From NCBI GenBank assembly GCA_002315675.1, contig DCHP01000069.1:921-64920 (forward strand): 64,000 bases of DNA, written 5' to 3'. The translations under genes were made by a program, and so were the position numbers. Positions 52,523 to 63,180 of the stretch are shown in pieces (positions within the stretch are counted from its first letter, which is position 1; each line of letters opens with the position of its first letter). The stretch is from Rikenellaceae bacterium UBA1749 (lineage in GTDB: Bacteria > Bacteroidota > Bacteroidia > Bacteroidales > Rikenellaceae). The notes beneath the pieces are model-generated. The model was not told the DNA's origin, made no database searches, and saw only the letters and a list, made by a program, of their open reading frames with translations.

Positions 52523-53761
52523 CTAGAATTCGTGAATTACTATACCAGAACGAAGTTTAGGTTCAAACCAGGTTGTCTTTGGAGGCATAATGTTACCTGT
52601 ATCAGCAATGTTTGTAAGCTGGTCCATGGAAACAGGATAAAGAGCGAATGCAACTTTCATTTCACCGCTGTCCACCCTTTTCTTCAGTTCTCCTAGACCA
52701 CGGATACCGCCTACGAAATCTATTCTCTTATCAGTACGAAGATCCTTGATTCCAAGAATCTTGTCAAGAACGAGATTCGATAGGATGGTAACATCAAGGA
52801 CACCTATAGGATCTGCATCATTGAATCTTCCCTCCTTTGCCTGCATTGAATACCACTGACCGTCAAGATACATGGAGAAATTATGCAAAGCTTTAGGATG
52901 ATATATTTCAGAACCTATTTTTTCAACAACAAAGTCCTCTGAAATCTTTTCAATCAACTGCGTAGAAGACAAACCATTCAAATCCTTGACTACTCTATTG
53001 TAATCAATAATTTTGAGTTCATCATCAGAGAAGATGACTGCCAGGAAGTAACAATATTCTTCGTTTCCTGTATGTGAAGGATTTGCAGCACGGCGTTCAT
53101 TACCAACCAGTGCAGCCGCTGCAGTACGATGGTGACCATCAGCAACATACAATGAATCAATGGATGCAAAAATTTCAGTTATCCTGTTTATCAATGCATC
53201 ATCATCAATAATCCACATCTTATGTCCGAAACCATCTTCTGCAACATAATCATATTCAGCTTTAGAAGCAGATACAACAGATGAGATTATTTTCTTTAAT
53301 TCGTCATTTTTGTGATAAGCGAAGAATACAGGTTCGATGTTCGCACTCTGGGCACGTACATGCATCATTCTATCCTCTTCCTTGTCGCGACGGGTCAATT
53401 CATGTTTTTTGATCTTTCCGGAAAGATAATCTTCAAAATGACAGCAACATGCAAGACCATACTGAGTTCTGCCTTCCATAGTCTGGGCATAAACATAATA
53501 GCATGGTTTTTCATCCTGTACCAGCCACCCTTTTTCTTTCCAGAGTTTGTAATTATCCACAGCCTTGGCATAAACTTTTTCGTCATGTTCGTCAGCTATA
53601 GGATCGAAATCAATTTCAGGTTTTATGATATGCAGCAATGATTTTTCCACTGCCTCTTCTTTTGCTTCCTTTGAAGAAAGAACGTCATATGGGCGTGAAG
53701 CCACCTGACTTACAATACTTTTCGGAGGACGGACTGCCGCAAATGGTTTTACTCTTACCAT
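52523..53761 (-). CDS. DUF1015 family protein
   Basis: PYDV, IKKHELT, YVADGHHR, MPPKTTWFEPKLRSG. Confidence 0.92.
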   Translation of the reverse strand: MVRVKPFAAVRPPKSIVSQVASRPYDVLSSKEAKEEAVEKSLLHIIKPEIDFDPIADEHDEKVYAKAVDNYKLWKEKGWLVQDEKPCYYVYAQTMEGRTQYGLACCCHFEDYLSGKIKKHELTRRDKEEDRMMHVRAQSANIEPVFFAYHKNDELKKIISSVVSASKAEYDYVAEDGFGHKMWIIDDDALINRITEIFASIDSLYVADGHHRTAAAALVGNERRAANPSHTGNEEYCYFLAVIFSDDELKIIDYNRVVKDLNGLSSTQLIEKISEDFVVEKIGSEIYHPKALHNFSMYLDGQWYSMQAKEGRFNDADPIGVLDVTILSNLVLDKILGIKDLRTDKRIDFVGGIRGLGELKKRVDSGEMKVAFALYPVSMDQLTNIADTGNIMPPKTTWFEPKLRSGIVIHEF

Positions 53762-53777
53762 ATCTTCTGGTTAAATC

Positions 53778-54701
53778 TTATTTATTGAGCTGAAATCTAC
53801 GATTTCCATTCTTAATAAAGTCAACAATCTGTTTAGCAGCTGCAATACCGGCATTGATGTTTGCTTCAGCTGTCTGAGCACCCATTTTCTTAGGAGTTGC
53901 GAAGAATCTGGTACCTAGTTTCTCGCAGTATTCAGCACTTCTTTCTGGAGCAACATCAGTAACATACTTAAGGTCTGTCCTTTCAAGCAGAGCCTTAAGA
54001 AGTCCTTCTTCATCAATAACTTCTTTTCTAGCTGTATTTACAAGAACACCATTCTTTGGCATACTCATGGCAAGGTCATAACCTATTGAGCCGATAGTCT
54101 CCTTAGTAGCTGGGATATGTATAGAAACATATTGATTCTTGCTGTAAAGATCCTTGATTGAATCCATCTTTGTTACTGAATCTTTTGCATATACGCTTGC
54201 ATCAGTGATAAATGGATCATAAGCAGCAACCTTCATACCAAGAGATGAAGCAGCACGACCGACAAGTTTCCCTACATTACCATATGCATGGATACCAAGT
54301 GTCTTTCCTGAGATTTCAGTTCCTGATACACCTGAGAAGCAAGCTCTTGAAATATAGATCATAAGTCCGATGGCAAGCTCTGCTACGGCATTTGAGTTCT
54401 GACCTGGAGTGTTCATTGCAACAACACCCTTTTTAGTACATGCTTCAAGATCAAGGTTGTCATAACCTGCACCTGCACGAACAACAATCTTCAGATTCTT
54501 TGCAGCGTCAAGGATTTCCGATGTCACCTTATCTGAACGAACAATAAGTGCCTCAACGTCACTGACTGCTTTTTTGAACTGATCAACTGATGTATATTTT
54601 TCAAGGAGAACAAGTTCTCCGCCATTTTCTTCAACCACCTGACGGATTCCGTCAACAGCAACTTTTGCAAATGGCTTTTCCGTTGCTACTAATACTTTCA
54701 T
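53778..54701 (-). CDS. serA: D-3-phosphoglycerate dehydrogenase (short type)
   Basis: RAGAGYDN, NTPGQNSNAVAE, VNTAR; follows serC; ATG at 54701. Confidence 0.88.
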   Translation of the reverse strand: MKVLVATEKPFAKVAVDGIRQVVEENGGELVLLEKYTSVDQFKKAVSDVEALIVRSDKVTSEILDAAKNLKIVVRAGAGYDNLDLEACTKKGVVAMNTPGQNSNAVAELAIGLMIYISRACFSGVSGTEISGKTLGIHAYGNVGKLVGRAASSLGMKVAAYDPFITDASVYAKDSVTKMDSIKDLYSKNQYVSIHIPATKETIGSIGYDLAMSMPKNGVLVNTARKEVIDEEGLLKALLERTDLKYVTDVAPERSAEYCEKLGTRFFATPKKMGAQTAEANINAGIAAAKQIVDFIKNGNRRFQLNK

Positions 54702-54717
54702 AATAAAATACAATAAA

Positions 54718-55794
54718 TTATTTAGCATATTGTTTTTCAAACTCCTGCATACATTCAACAAGAGCCTGAACGCTTTCAATTGGAAGTGAATTGTAGATTG
54801 AGGCACGGAAACCACCAACAAGACGATGTCCCTTAAGACCTACCATACCATACTTCTTTGAGAAATCTATGAATTCCGATGTTTCCATATCCTTATACTT
54901 TTCACTGTATACAAATGGAACATTCATAAGTGAACGATCTTCTACAGCTACAGGAGACATGAACATTGAGTTACGCTCAATTTCATCATATAGAACTTTA
55001 GCCTTTGCCTGGTTACGACGCTGAATTTCAGCAACACCACCCTGCTCTTTAACCCACTTTAGATTCTCTCTTACGACATAGATAGGGAATACAGGAGGAG
55101 TATTGAACATCGAACCATTCTTGATATGGGTACGATAGTCTATCATTGAAGGAATTTTACGAGTAACCTTACCAAGTGCATCTTCCTTTACAATAACGAA
55201 AGTAACACCAGCAGGACCGATATTCTTCTGAGCACCGCCATAGATCATTACATATTTGCTTACATCTACAGGACGGCTAAGAATATCTGAACTCATATCT
55301 GCAATCAGTGGTACTGGACAATCAATATCCTCATGGTATTCAGTACCGAAGATTGTATTGTTTGATGTAATATGCAGATAATCCAAATCTTCTGGAATCT
55401 TGTATCCCTTTGGAATGTATGTATTATTCTTATCTTCTGAAGAAGCAACTTCAATAGTTTCACCGAAATTAACTGCTTCTTTCATTGCTTTCTTAGCCCA
55501 GACACCAGTATTGACATATCCTGCCTTCTTTTCAAGGAAATTGAATGGGACAAAATAGAACTGAGTCGACGCACCACCTGCAAGCCAAAGGACCTGATAT
55601 CCTTCAGGAATATTAAGAAGCTCTTTCATAAGGGAGGATGCTTCTTCTATAACTGCTTCAAATTCTTTTGTACGATGTGAAATTTCAAGAACAGACAAAC
55701 CAATACCTTCAAAATCAAGAACGGCTTTAGCTGCGCTTTCAATTACCGGACGTGGAAGAATGCTTGGGCCGGCAGCGAAATTGTGTTTCTTCAT
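54718..55794 (-). CDS. serC: Phosphoserine aminotransferase
   Basis: [37 protein letters not shown]. Confidence 0.97.
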   Translation of the reverse strand: MKKHNFAAGPSILPRPVIESAAKAVLDFEGIGLSVLEISHRTKEFEAVIEEASSLMKELLNIPEGYQVLWLAGGASTQFYFVPFNFLEKKAGYVNTGVWAKKAMKEAVNFGETIEVASSEDKNNTYIPKGYKIPEDLDYLHITSNNTIFGTEYHEDIDCPVPLIADMSSDILSRPVDVSKYVMIYGGAQKNIGPAGVTFVIVKEDALGKVTRKIPSMIDYRTHIKNGSMFNTPPVFPIYVVRENLKWVKEQGGVAEIQRRNQAKAKVLYDEIERNSMFMSPVAVEDRSLMNVPFVYSEKYKDMETSEFIDFSKKYGMVGLKGHRLVGGFRASIYNSLPIESVQALVECMQEFEKQYAK

Positions 55795-55835
55795 AACTAA
55801 AATATTAAATCGAAAATATTATATGTTTCAAACTG

Positions 55836-55874
55836 CAAAGGTATAAATTTTTCACTTAATAAATTATAAATTTG
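55836..55874. promoter_or_regulatory. Back-to-back divergent -7 elements for serC and MATE
   Basis: TACCTTTG on minus (55836-55843) and TAAATTTG on plus (55867-55874). Confidence 0.65.
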
Positions 55875-55882
55875 CAGTACTT

Positions 55883-57232
55883 ATGAAAGACCTTACCCAC
55901 GGAAATATCTGGAGACAAATACTGCTTTTCACCTTACCACTGATAGGTGCCAACCTGATGATGCTGTCGTATCAGCTTGTTGACAGCATAATTGTCGGGA
56001 CATTCCTTGGAAAGCATGCCCTGGCAGCAGTTTCACAAAGTTATCCGGTCCTTTTCGGAGTCATTGCCCTTATGATCGGCCTGGGATCCGGAACAATCGT
56101 TGTAATCTCACAGTATTTCGGGGCGAAACAATACGATAAGGTACAACTAACTTCTGACACAATCCACATCATTCTGATTATCATAGGATTTGCAATAGGC
56201 ATACTTGGATTTTTCATTTCACGATGGATATTCACATATATGGGAACCCCGGATGATGTAATGGATGATGCCGTTACATACATGAGCATATATTTGGGCG
56301 GAATTGTTTTCAGTTTCGGGTTCTACACAATCTCTTCACTTCTACGTGGCGTCGGTGACTCTGTCACGCCACTTCATCTGTTTACCGCATCATCAGTCCT
56401 GAACATATTTCTTGACATTGTTCTCATTGCAATATTCCGTTTCGGTGTCGGTGCTGCAGCATTCAGCACCATAGTTTCACAGGCCATTGTATATTTTATC
56501 GCAATTGAATATATCAACAGGAAGAAAAGCACTTTCAAAATCAATTTCCTGAAAATGAAGCTGAACAGGGCCATATGTATTCATTGCCTGAAATATGGTC
56601 TTCCGAATGGTCTTCAACAATTTCTTGTTGCACTTGGAGGTATTGTACTTATGAGTCTGGTAAGTGGTTTCGGTACGGAAGCCATTGCAGGATACGGAGC
56701 TGCCATCCGTATTGAGAGCATAGCCCTTCTTCCCGTCATGAACTTTTCATCTGCGATTGCAGTATTCACTGGACAGAATATTGGGGCTATGATGACGGAA
56801 AGATTAAAGAAAGGACTTTCCATAACACTTATCTATACTCTTGGTTGCGCACTTGCAAGCACTGTATTGCTTCAGATTTTCTCAGTTGATTTTATCGGTC
56901 TTTTCGGGAAGGATCCTCTTCTGATAGAGAATGGTGCCATATATCTGAAAATACTTTCTGCATTCTACCCTGTATATGCAGTTATGTTCATATTAAGCGG
57001 ATACATGAAAGGTTCAGGTGCCGTTAGGGCAACCGTAGCAATAACCATCATTTCACTATGGTTGACGGAGATTCCTCTTGCCATAACATTATGCAAGACA
57101 ACAGGTCTGATAGAAGGAATCTGGTGGGCAATTCCTGCAAGTTGGGTAATAGGTTGTATCTGTATGACCGCATACTACTATTCAGGAAGGTGGCACAACA
57201 AATCCGTCATTCACATTGACAGCACCTTTTGA
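55883..57232 (+). CDS. MATE-family efflux transporter
   Basis: DLTHG, VDSIIVG, SQYFGAK, LRGVGDS, GQNIGA. Confidence 0.93.
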   Translation: MKDLTHGNIWRQILLFTLPLIGANLMMLSYQLVDSIIVGTFLGKHALAAVSQSYPVLFGVIALMIGLGSGTIVVISQYFGAKQYDKVQLTSDTIHIILIIIGFAIGILGFFISRWIFTYMGTPDDVMDDAVTYMSIYLGGIVFSFGFYTISSLLRGVGDSVTPLHLFTASSVLNIFLDIVLIAIFRFGVGAAAFSTIVSQAIVYFIAIEYINRKKSTFKINFLKMKLNRAICIHCLKYGLPNGLQQFLVALGGIVLMSLVSGFGTEAIAGYGAAIRIESIALLPVMNFSSAIAVFTGQNIGAMMTERLKKGLSITLIYTLGCALASTVLLQIFSVDFIGLFGKDPLLIENGAIYLKILSAFYPVYAVMFILSGYMKGSGAVRATVAITIISLWLTEIPLAITLCKTTGLIEGIWWAIPASWVIGCICMTAYYYSGRWHNKSVIHIDSTF

Positions 57233-57314
57233 TTGGCAGCACAGTTATTTTCCCCTTTATTTTCTCCGTGCTGTTCATCGTATTTTCACCAATTCTAATC
57301 TCATGGGAAAATAT

Positions 57315-57345
57315 TTTGTCTTCGCTCTAAAATCAGTTATTTTTG
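57315..57345 (+). promoter_or_regulatory. Bacteroidetes -33/-7 promoter for yicC operon
   Basis: TTTG-N19-TATTTTTG. Confidence 0.7.
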
Positions 57346-57414
57346 TGTGTTGAGTTATGCATCCATGTATAACGACATAAACAATACATTTTATCGAATT
57401 TATAAGCCTACAGT

Positions 57415-58287
57415 ATGATAAAATCAATGACCGGATTCGGAAAAGCCGAATTCATTGCACCAGAAAGAAAAATAATAGTTGAGATAAAGAGTCTTAATTC
57501 CAAGCAACTTGATTTAGGAGTCAGAATCCCTTCAATATATAGAGAGAAAGAGAGTGAAATCAGAAGCATGATTTCAGAAAAACTTGGTCGTGGAAAGGTA
57601 GATGTTTTCATTAATGTTGAAAATATCGCCGGTGCAGCACCTGCAAATCTTATATCAGAAGAGCTGTTCAAGGCATACTATAATCAGATCAGAACAATAT
57701 CAGAGTCTTTGAGTATTGAAAACAGGAATGACATCATCAGTTCTGTCCTAAGAATGCCAGGAGTTGTTGACAATACATCCATAGAAATTTCTGACGAGGA
57801 ATGGAACGGACTTCTTTCCGCAACATCAAATGCAATAGACGCAATCAATTCTTTCCGCGAAACAGAGGGCGCGCATCTTATTTCAGATATTCTGAAACAC
57901 GTTGATAAGATTGAAGCTCTTTCTCTTTCTGTCACACAGTATGAGAAGGAAAGAATCGACACTGTAAGGGAAAGATTGAATACAAATCTTGCCCAGTTAT
58001 CCGCAACAGTTGATCAGAACCGATTCGAGCAGGAAATCATTTATTATCTTGAAAAACTTGATATTACAGAAGAAAAAGTCCGTCTTAAACAGCATATCAA
58101 ATATTTTAGGGAAACTGTTGAGTCCGGACAGGATGTCGGCCGTAAACTTGGTTTCATAACCCAGGAAATGGGTAGGGAAATCAACACTACTGGATCAAAG
58201 GCAAATCATACAGAGATACAGAAGCTGGTTGTCCAGATGAAAGACGAACTTGAAAAGATCAAAGAACAACTTTGTAACATTTTATAA
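57415..58287 (+). CDS. yicC: YicC/YloC-family endoribonuclease
   Basis: MIKSMTGFG, RGKV, DITEE, GRKLGFITQEMGREINT. Confidence 0.93.
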   Translation: MIKSMTGFGKAEFIAPERKIIVEIKSLNSKQLDLGVRIPSIYREKESEIRSMISEKLGRGKVDVFINVENIAGAAPANLISEELFKAYYNQIRTISESLSIENRNDIISSVLRMPGVVDNTSIEISDEEWNGLLSATSNAIDAINSFRETEGAHLISDILKHVDKIEALSLSVTQYEKERIDTVRERLNTNLAQLSATVDQNRFEQEIIYYLEKLDITEEKVRLKQHIKYFRETVESGQDVGRKLGFITQEMGREINTTGSKANHTEIQKLVVQMKDELEKIKEQLCNIL

Positions 58288-58291
58288 TGAT

Positions 58292-58390
58292 GAGCACACT
58301 TGAAAAAGTCCAAATATTGAGAAACACCCCCAATTTCAAAGACCTGTAAAAGTGGTAAAAATGACAAAAAACACTTTTTCAAGTAGACGC
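58292..58390 (+). mobile_element. MITE family 1 copy between yicC and gmk
   Basis: GAGCACACTTGAAAAAGT..ACTTTTTCAAGTAGACGC; flanks AATGAT/AATGAC. Confidence 0.9.
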
Positions 58391-58471
58391 AATGACTGAA
58401 AGTCTAAATCTGCAATTTCTTGTGACCTTTCGTCCAACAATAGAAAAGCATATACACACAGAAACATAGAA

Positions 58472-59044
58472 ATGGGAAAAGCTATTATATTTTCAGCTCC
58501 ATCCGGTAGTGGCAAATCCACAATCGTAAGTGCCGTAATGCAGGAAATAGCGGGGCTGGAGTTCTCCATATCAGCAACTTCAAGAGCACCGAGAGGAACT
58601 GAAGTCAATGGTAAAGACTATTATTTCCTGGCTCAGGAAGAATTCAACAGAAAGGCAACCAACAACGAATTCTTTGAATGGGAGGAAGTCTATGCTGGGA
58701 CTTCATACGGTACTTTGAATAGTGAACTGAAGAGAATATGGGATAAAGGAAATGCCGTAATATTTGATGTTGATGTAAAAGGTGGCGTAAATATCAAGGA
58801 AAAATTAAAGGAAGATGCAATGTCAATATTCATCAAAGTCCCATCTATCGAAATCCTCAGACAGCGTCTCATCTCAAGAAATACGGATTCAGAAGAATCC
58901 ATTGCCAAGAGGATTGACAAAGCCGCATATGAAATGACTTTTGCAGACAAATTTGACATGATAATCATCAACGATGATCTGCAGACTGCAGTTAAAGAAA
59001 CAAAGGCTGCCATCATCGATTTTTTGAAAAAAATAAGTACATAA
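58472..59044 (+). CDS. gmk: Guanylate kinase
   Basis: SAPSGSGKST, SATSRAPR, GKDYYF, YGT. Confidence 0.96.
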   Translation: MGKAIIFSAPSGSGKSTIVSAVMQEIAGLEFSISATSRAPRGTEVNGKDYYFLAQEEFNRKATNNEFFEWEEVYAGTSYGTLNSELKRIWDKGNAVIFDVDVKGGVNIKEKLKEDAMSIFIKVPSIEILRQRLISRNTDSEESIAKRIDKAAYEMTFADKFDMIIINDDLQTAVKETKAAIIDFLKKIST

Positions 59045-59060
59045 AAAAAACAAATCCGAC

Positions 59061-60035
59061 ATGTTATATCCATTAAAATTTAAACCGCTTTACAAGCAGC
59101 GCATTTGGGGAGGTCAACTTCTGAAAGATATGGGAAAGAGACTTCCGGAAGGAGAAAAAATCGGCGAAAGCTGGGAAATTTCAGGTGTAGAGGGAGATGT
59201 ATCCGTTGTAAAGAACGGAGCTCTTAAAGGTAATTCCCTTCAGGACCTGATTGAAATATACATGGATGAAATGCTAGGAGAAAAGGCATTTGAAAGATAT
59301 TCAACAGAATTTCCTATTCTTATCAAACTGATTGATGCCCAGGACAATCTGTCAATTCAGGTCCATCCGAATGATGAACTTGCAAAGAAACGTCATAATG
59401 CTTACGGGAAAACTGAAATGTGGTATGTAATTGACCACGAACCAGGTGCCAAGCTTATGGTTGGGTTCAACCAGAAAGTTGACAAGGAACTTTACAAAAA
59501 GTATCTGTCAGAAGGACGTCTTGATGACCTTCTGACAAAATACGAAGTCCATAAAGGAGACACATTCTTCATACCAGCCGGAACGATACATGCAATCGGC
59601 AAGGGAATACTTGTTGCTGAGATACAGCAGACATCAGATATCACTTACAGGGTATTTGACTACAACAGGGTCGATAAGGACGGAAAGCCACGAGAACTAC
59701 ATACAGAGCTGGCACTTGATGCCATAGACTATAGTGAAGGCGGTCAGTATCTGATTAAAAGAGAACCTGTTGACAATGAATCAATCAACCTTGTGCATTG
59801 CAATTACTTTGACACTAACCTTCTGAAAATCAAGGGTTCTTGCGAGAAGAGATTTGAAATATTTGATACATTCGTTACATACGTCTGCCTGGACGGCTCA
59901 CTGAAAATCAAGTGGGCAGAAGGAGAAGAAACTCTTAAAAGAGGTGAAAGCATGTTGATACCTGCATCTATCCAGAGATGGACTATGGAAGGTGAAGGTA
60001 CTGTACTTGAAAGTTACATTCCACTTGATTTTTAA
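59061..60035 (+). CDS. manA: Mannose-6-phosphate isomerase, type I
   Basis: RIWGG, GESWE, LSIQVHP, GKTEMW, AGTIHA, EIQQTSDITYR. Confidence 0.93.
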   Translation: MLYPLKFKPLYKQRIWGGQLLKDMGKRLPEGEKIGESWEISGVEGDVSVVKNGALKGNSLQDLIEIYMDEMLGEKAFERYSTEFPILIKLIDAQDNLSIQVHPNDELAKKRHNAYGKTEMWYVIDHEPGAKLMVGFNQKVDKELYKKYLSEGRLDDLLTKYEVHKGDTFFIPAGTIHAIGKGILVAEIQQTSDITYRVFDYNRVDKDGKPRELHTELALDAIDYSEGGQYLIKREPVDNESINLVHCNYFDTNLLKIKGSCEKRFEIFDTFVTYVCLDGSLKIKWAEGEETLKRGESMLIPASIQRWTMEGEGTVLESYIPLDF

Positions 60036-60040
60036 CAATT

Positions 60041-60138
60041 GAGTCCACTTGAAATAGTCCAAATATTGAGAAACACCCCAATTACAATGGTTTATACTAG
60101 TGGTAAAAACGACAAAACATACTTTTTCAAGTAGACTC
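60041..60138 (+). mobile_element. MITE family 1 copy between manA and ROK gene
   Basis: GAGTCCACTTGAAA..TTTCAAGTAGACTC; flanks ACAATT/ACCATT. Confidence 0.9.
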
Positions 60139-60159
60139 ACCATTAAATAGAATAGAATT

Positions 60160-61263
60160 ATGTTTGAAAACGACAAGAGGGTTGTCATGACCCTGGATGC
60201 AGGCGGTACGAACCTTGTATTCACAGCAATTCAAGGGAACAAACAGATTATTGAACCAATCCGCTACCCATCTGAACCAAATGATCTTCAGAAATGTCTT
60301 AACGTAATCGCAAAAGGTTTCGAAGATGTAAAAGCTGCACTTAATGTTGAACCTGTAGCAATAAGTTTTGCATTTCCAGGACCTGCTGATTATGCACACG
60401 GAGTGATAGGAGACCTTCCTAACTTCCCATCATTCAGAGGCGGAGTCGCACTTGGAGGTTTTCTTGAGGAAAAATTCGGAATTCCAGTATTCATCAACAA
60501 TGATGGCAGTCTGTTTGCATATGGCGAGGCTCTTGGTGGCCTTCTTCCATATATCAACGGGAAACTTAAAGAAGCCGGAAGTCTTAAAACATACAAGAAC
60601 CTGCTTGGCCTTACTTTCGGTACTGGATTCGGAGCAGGAGCTGTAATTGATGGTCACCTAATTATCGGAGACAACAATTGCGGGGGTGATATCTGGTGTT
60701 TCAGAAACAAGAAGTTCCCTGGTAAAATCATAGAAGAATCTGTAAGCATCCGTGCGGCAATCCGCGTTTACAAGGAAAAGGCAGGAATTACTGGTGAATG
60801 CAATCTTACTCCAAAGGATATATTTGATATTGCTGAAGGAACAAAAGAAGGCAACAGACAGGCTGCAATCGACAGTTTCGCTGAAATGGGAGAAATGGCT
60901 GGTGACGCAGTTGCCCAGGCCATTACAATAGTTGATGGTATAGTTGCCATCGGAGGTGGACTGACAGGTGCTGCCAAGTATATTCTTCCTTCAATGATAA
61001 AGGAAATGGGATCAAATTTCGGGACATTTGCAGGTGACAGCTTCCCAAGAATGCAGTTCACTCCTTACAACCTTGAAGATGAGAAAGAGTGCGCTACATT
61101 CCTTTCTGCATCCGATACCATGGTGCCAATCCCAGGTTCAACAAAGCAAGTTAAATACAACAGCATCCGCCAAATTGGAGTCGGTCTGTCAAAACTTGGA
61201 ACAAGCCAGGCCATCTGTATAGGAGCCTACGCCTTTGCCCTTGCCAGCATAGACAGCAAATAG
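60160..61263 (+). CDS. ROK-family sugar kinase
   Basis: LDAGGTN, AFPGP, INND, GTGFGAG; adjacent to manA. Confidence 0.9.
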   Translation: MFENDKRVVMTLDAGGTNLVFTAIQGNKQIIEPIRYPSEPNDLQKCLNVIAKGFEDVKAALNVEPVAISFAFPGPADYAHGVIGDLPNFPSFRGGVALGGFLEEKFGIPVFINNDGSLFAYGEALGGLLPYINGKLKEAGSLKTYKNLLGLTFGTGFGAGAVIDGHLIIGDNNCGGDIWCFRNKKFPGKIIEESVSIRAAIRVYKEKAGITGECNLTPKDIFDIAEGTKEGNRQAAIDSFAEMGEMAGDAVAQAITIVDGIVAIGGGLTGAAKYILPSMIKEMGSNFGTFAGDSFPRMQFTPYNLEDEKECATFLSASDTMVPIPGSTKQVKYNSIRQIGVGLSKLGTSQAICIGAYAFALASIDSK

Positions 61264-61324
61264 GCCCATATAGCATACCAGCACATCAGTCAAAAACAAA
61301 AATAATCTCTGTTTTTACATACAT

Positions 61325-61421
61325 GAGTCCACTTTAAAAAGTCCAAAAATTGAGAAACGCCCCATTCCAGAGGCCTGTAGCGGATATATAAACATTAAAC
61401 GATACTTATTAAAGTGGACTC
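61325..61421 (+). mobile_element. MITE family 1, young subfamily, TSD ATACAT
   Basis: Perfect 13-bp TIR and 6-bp TSD; 3 differences from the 44146 copy. Confidence 0.93.
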
Positions 61422-61583
61422 ATACATAAATACCAAAACATGAAAGACACTCCAGCAAAATCCTAGCGTGTCTTTTTGTTTTGGCGTATAGGCCTTATTG
61501 TTCAGTTGAAAATCTATATACAAACGACAACCGATAACATAAAAAAATCAATTATCATCATAGTGTCCATAAGATTAAAGAAT

Positions 61584-61616
61584 GAGTCTACTTGAAAAAG
61601 TATGTTTTGTCGTTTT
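61584..61616 (-). mobile_element. Truncated MITE family 1 end
   Basis: 33 bp identical to the reverse complement of the right end of the 60041 copy. Confidence 0.8.
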
Positions 61617-61656
61617 CCAACATAGGGAAACACGCTTTTTTCAGATGAACTGATAT

Positions 61657-63180
61657 TTACTTAAGACAGATTGTAACAATACTCATAGCAGGCAGAGTGA
61701 ATGTAAGCCTGTTGTTCCTAATTGAATAGTTATTGAAAGGAGCATTCTTAACTTCATCCGGTTTCTCAAATGAATTATGGTCGTGAATATCTTTTGATAC
61801 AAGAATCTGTCCTCCGTTTGCCTTGTACTGACTGTCGGATGTTAGTATACAGTCAATTTCATTGTCTTTTGTCAGGTTGACGTTTACGAATGAAATGTTA
61901 ATCTCTCCGTTTGCATTCTTTGATGAGGATACGACAACTTCCGGAGTCTGCTGATTGATTTTCTCTGTAATGACATTTGAAGGAAGAAGGGTAGCATCCT
62001 GGTGAACCTTGTACATATCAAATATGTGATATGTAGGTGTTTTTATCATTTTTTCATCCTTTGTCAGGAAAAGTGACTGAACTACATTGACAAACTGAGC
62101 TATGTTTCCCATTCTGACCCTGTCGCAGTGATTGTTGAAAATGTTCAGTGTCATACCTGCCAGAATAGCATCTCTCATACAATTCTGCTGGTAAAGTAAA
62201 ATTGGATCTGTTCCCTCTTCAACGGTGTGCAATAGTCCCCATTCGTCAACCATCAGACCTACACGCTTTGCAGGGTCATATTTGTCCATAATGGTTGAGT
62301 GATTTGTGATGATATTCTCAATATCATAGCCTCTCTGCATTGTCTGGTAGTATTTTTCATCATCAAATTCCAGTGCACGTCCGTTTCCTATGGTATAATA
62401 GTGAATAGATAGTCCGTTGATAAAATTGCTAGCGTTTCTCATTAACACTTCTGTCCAGTTGTAATCTGTTGATCCCGCTCCAACACCGATTTTGTAAAGA
62501 CGGTTTCCACTGTAGCTTTTCATGAATGTTGAGTATTGTCTGCATACATCGGCATAATGTTCAGCAGTCATGTTTCCTCCGCACGCCCATGTTTCATTGC
62601 CAATCCCTATAAATTTTACCTTCCAAGGTTTGTCGCGTCCGTTCTCTCTTCTAAGGTCTGCCATCGGGCTTTTACCGTCAAAAGTCATATATTCAATCCA
62701 TTGTGCGATTTCCTGAACTGTACTGCTGCCGACATTTACACTGATATATGGTTCTGTTCCTACGTATTCGCACATATTGAGGAATTCATGAGTACCGAAG
62801 GAATTGTCCTCAGGCAAGCCACTCCAAGGTGTGTTGACCATAGTAGGTCTTGATTCCTTTGGACCGATACCGTCTTTCCAGTGATATTTATCTGCAAAAC
62901 ATCCACCCGGCCAACGCAAATTCGGAACCTTAATTTCCTTCATTGCGTCAAGGATGTCTTTTCTGACTCCGTTTACATTTGGAATGGATGATTTTTCACC
63001 GACCCATAAACCGTCATATATACAATGGCCAAGATGTTCTAAAAAATGTCCGTAAATGTCTCTCGATATGATATCCTTTCCCTCAAATTCATTAACCGTA
63101 ACAATGGTTTTCTGAGCATTAGCGCACAGGCATAGTCCTAATGCTACAATGCAAAAGTAAATTCTGTGTAATTTTTTCAT
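61657..63180 (-). CDS. abfA: Alpha-L-arabinofuranosidase (GH51)
   Basis: YGHFLEHLG, RWPGGCFAD, FGTHEF, GNE, VDEWG; signal peptide from ATG 63180. Confidence 0.93.
   Translation of the reverse strand: MKKLHRIYFCIVALGLCLCANAQKTIVTVNEFEGKDIISRDIYGHFLEHLGHCIYDGLWVGEKSSIPNVNGVRKDILDAMKEIKVPNLRWPGGCFADKYHWKDGIGPKESRPTMVNTPWSGLPEDNSFGTHEFLNMCEYVGTEPYISVNVGSSTVQEIAQWIEYMTFDGKSPMADLRRENGRDKPWKVKFIGIGNETWACGGNMTAEHYADVCRQYSTFMKSYSGNRLYKIGVGAGSTDYNWTEVLMRNASNFINGLSIHYYTIGNGRALEFDDEKYYQTMQRGYDIENIITNHSTIMDKYDPAKRVGLMVDEWGLLHTVEEGTDPILLYQQNCMRDAILAGMTLNIFNNHCDRVRMGNIAQFVNVVQSLFLTKDEKMIKTPTYHIFDMYKVHQDATLLPSNVITEKINQQTPEVVVSSSKNANGEINISFVNVNLTKDNEIDCILTSDSQYKANGGQILVSKDIHDHNSFEKPDEVKNAPFNNYSIRNNRLTFTLPAMSIVTICLK

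Noticed and set aside
58292..58390. Outward-facing promoter carried by the MITE
   Set aside because: Best match is AATATTTG, not TAnnTTTG, and it is not consistent across copies
60041..61421. Composite transposon of two MITEs carrying the ROK gene
   Set aside because: Each copy has its own TSD and they belong to different subfamilies; outer flanks do not match
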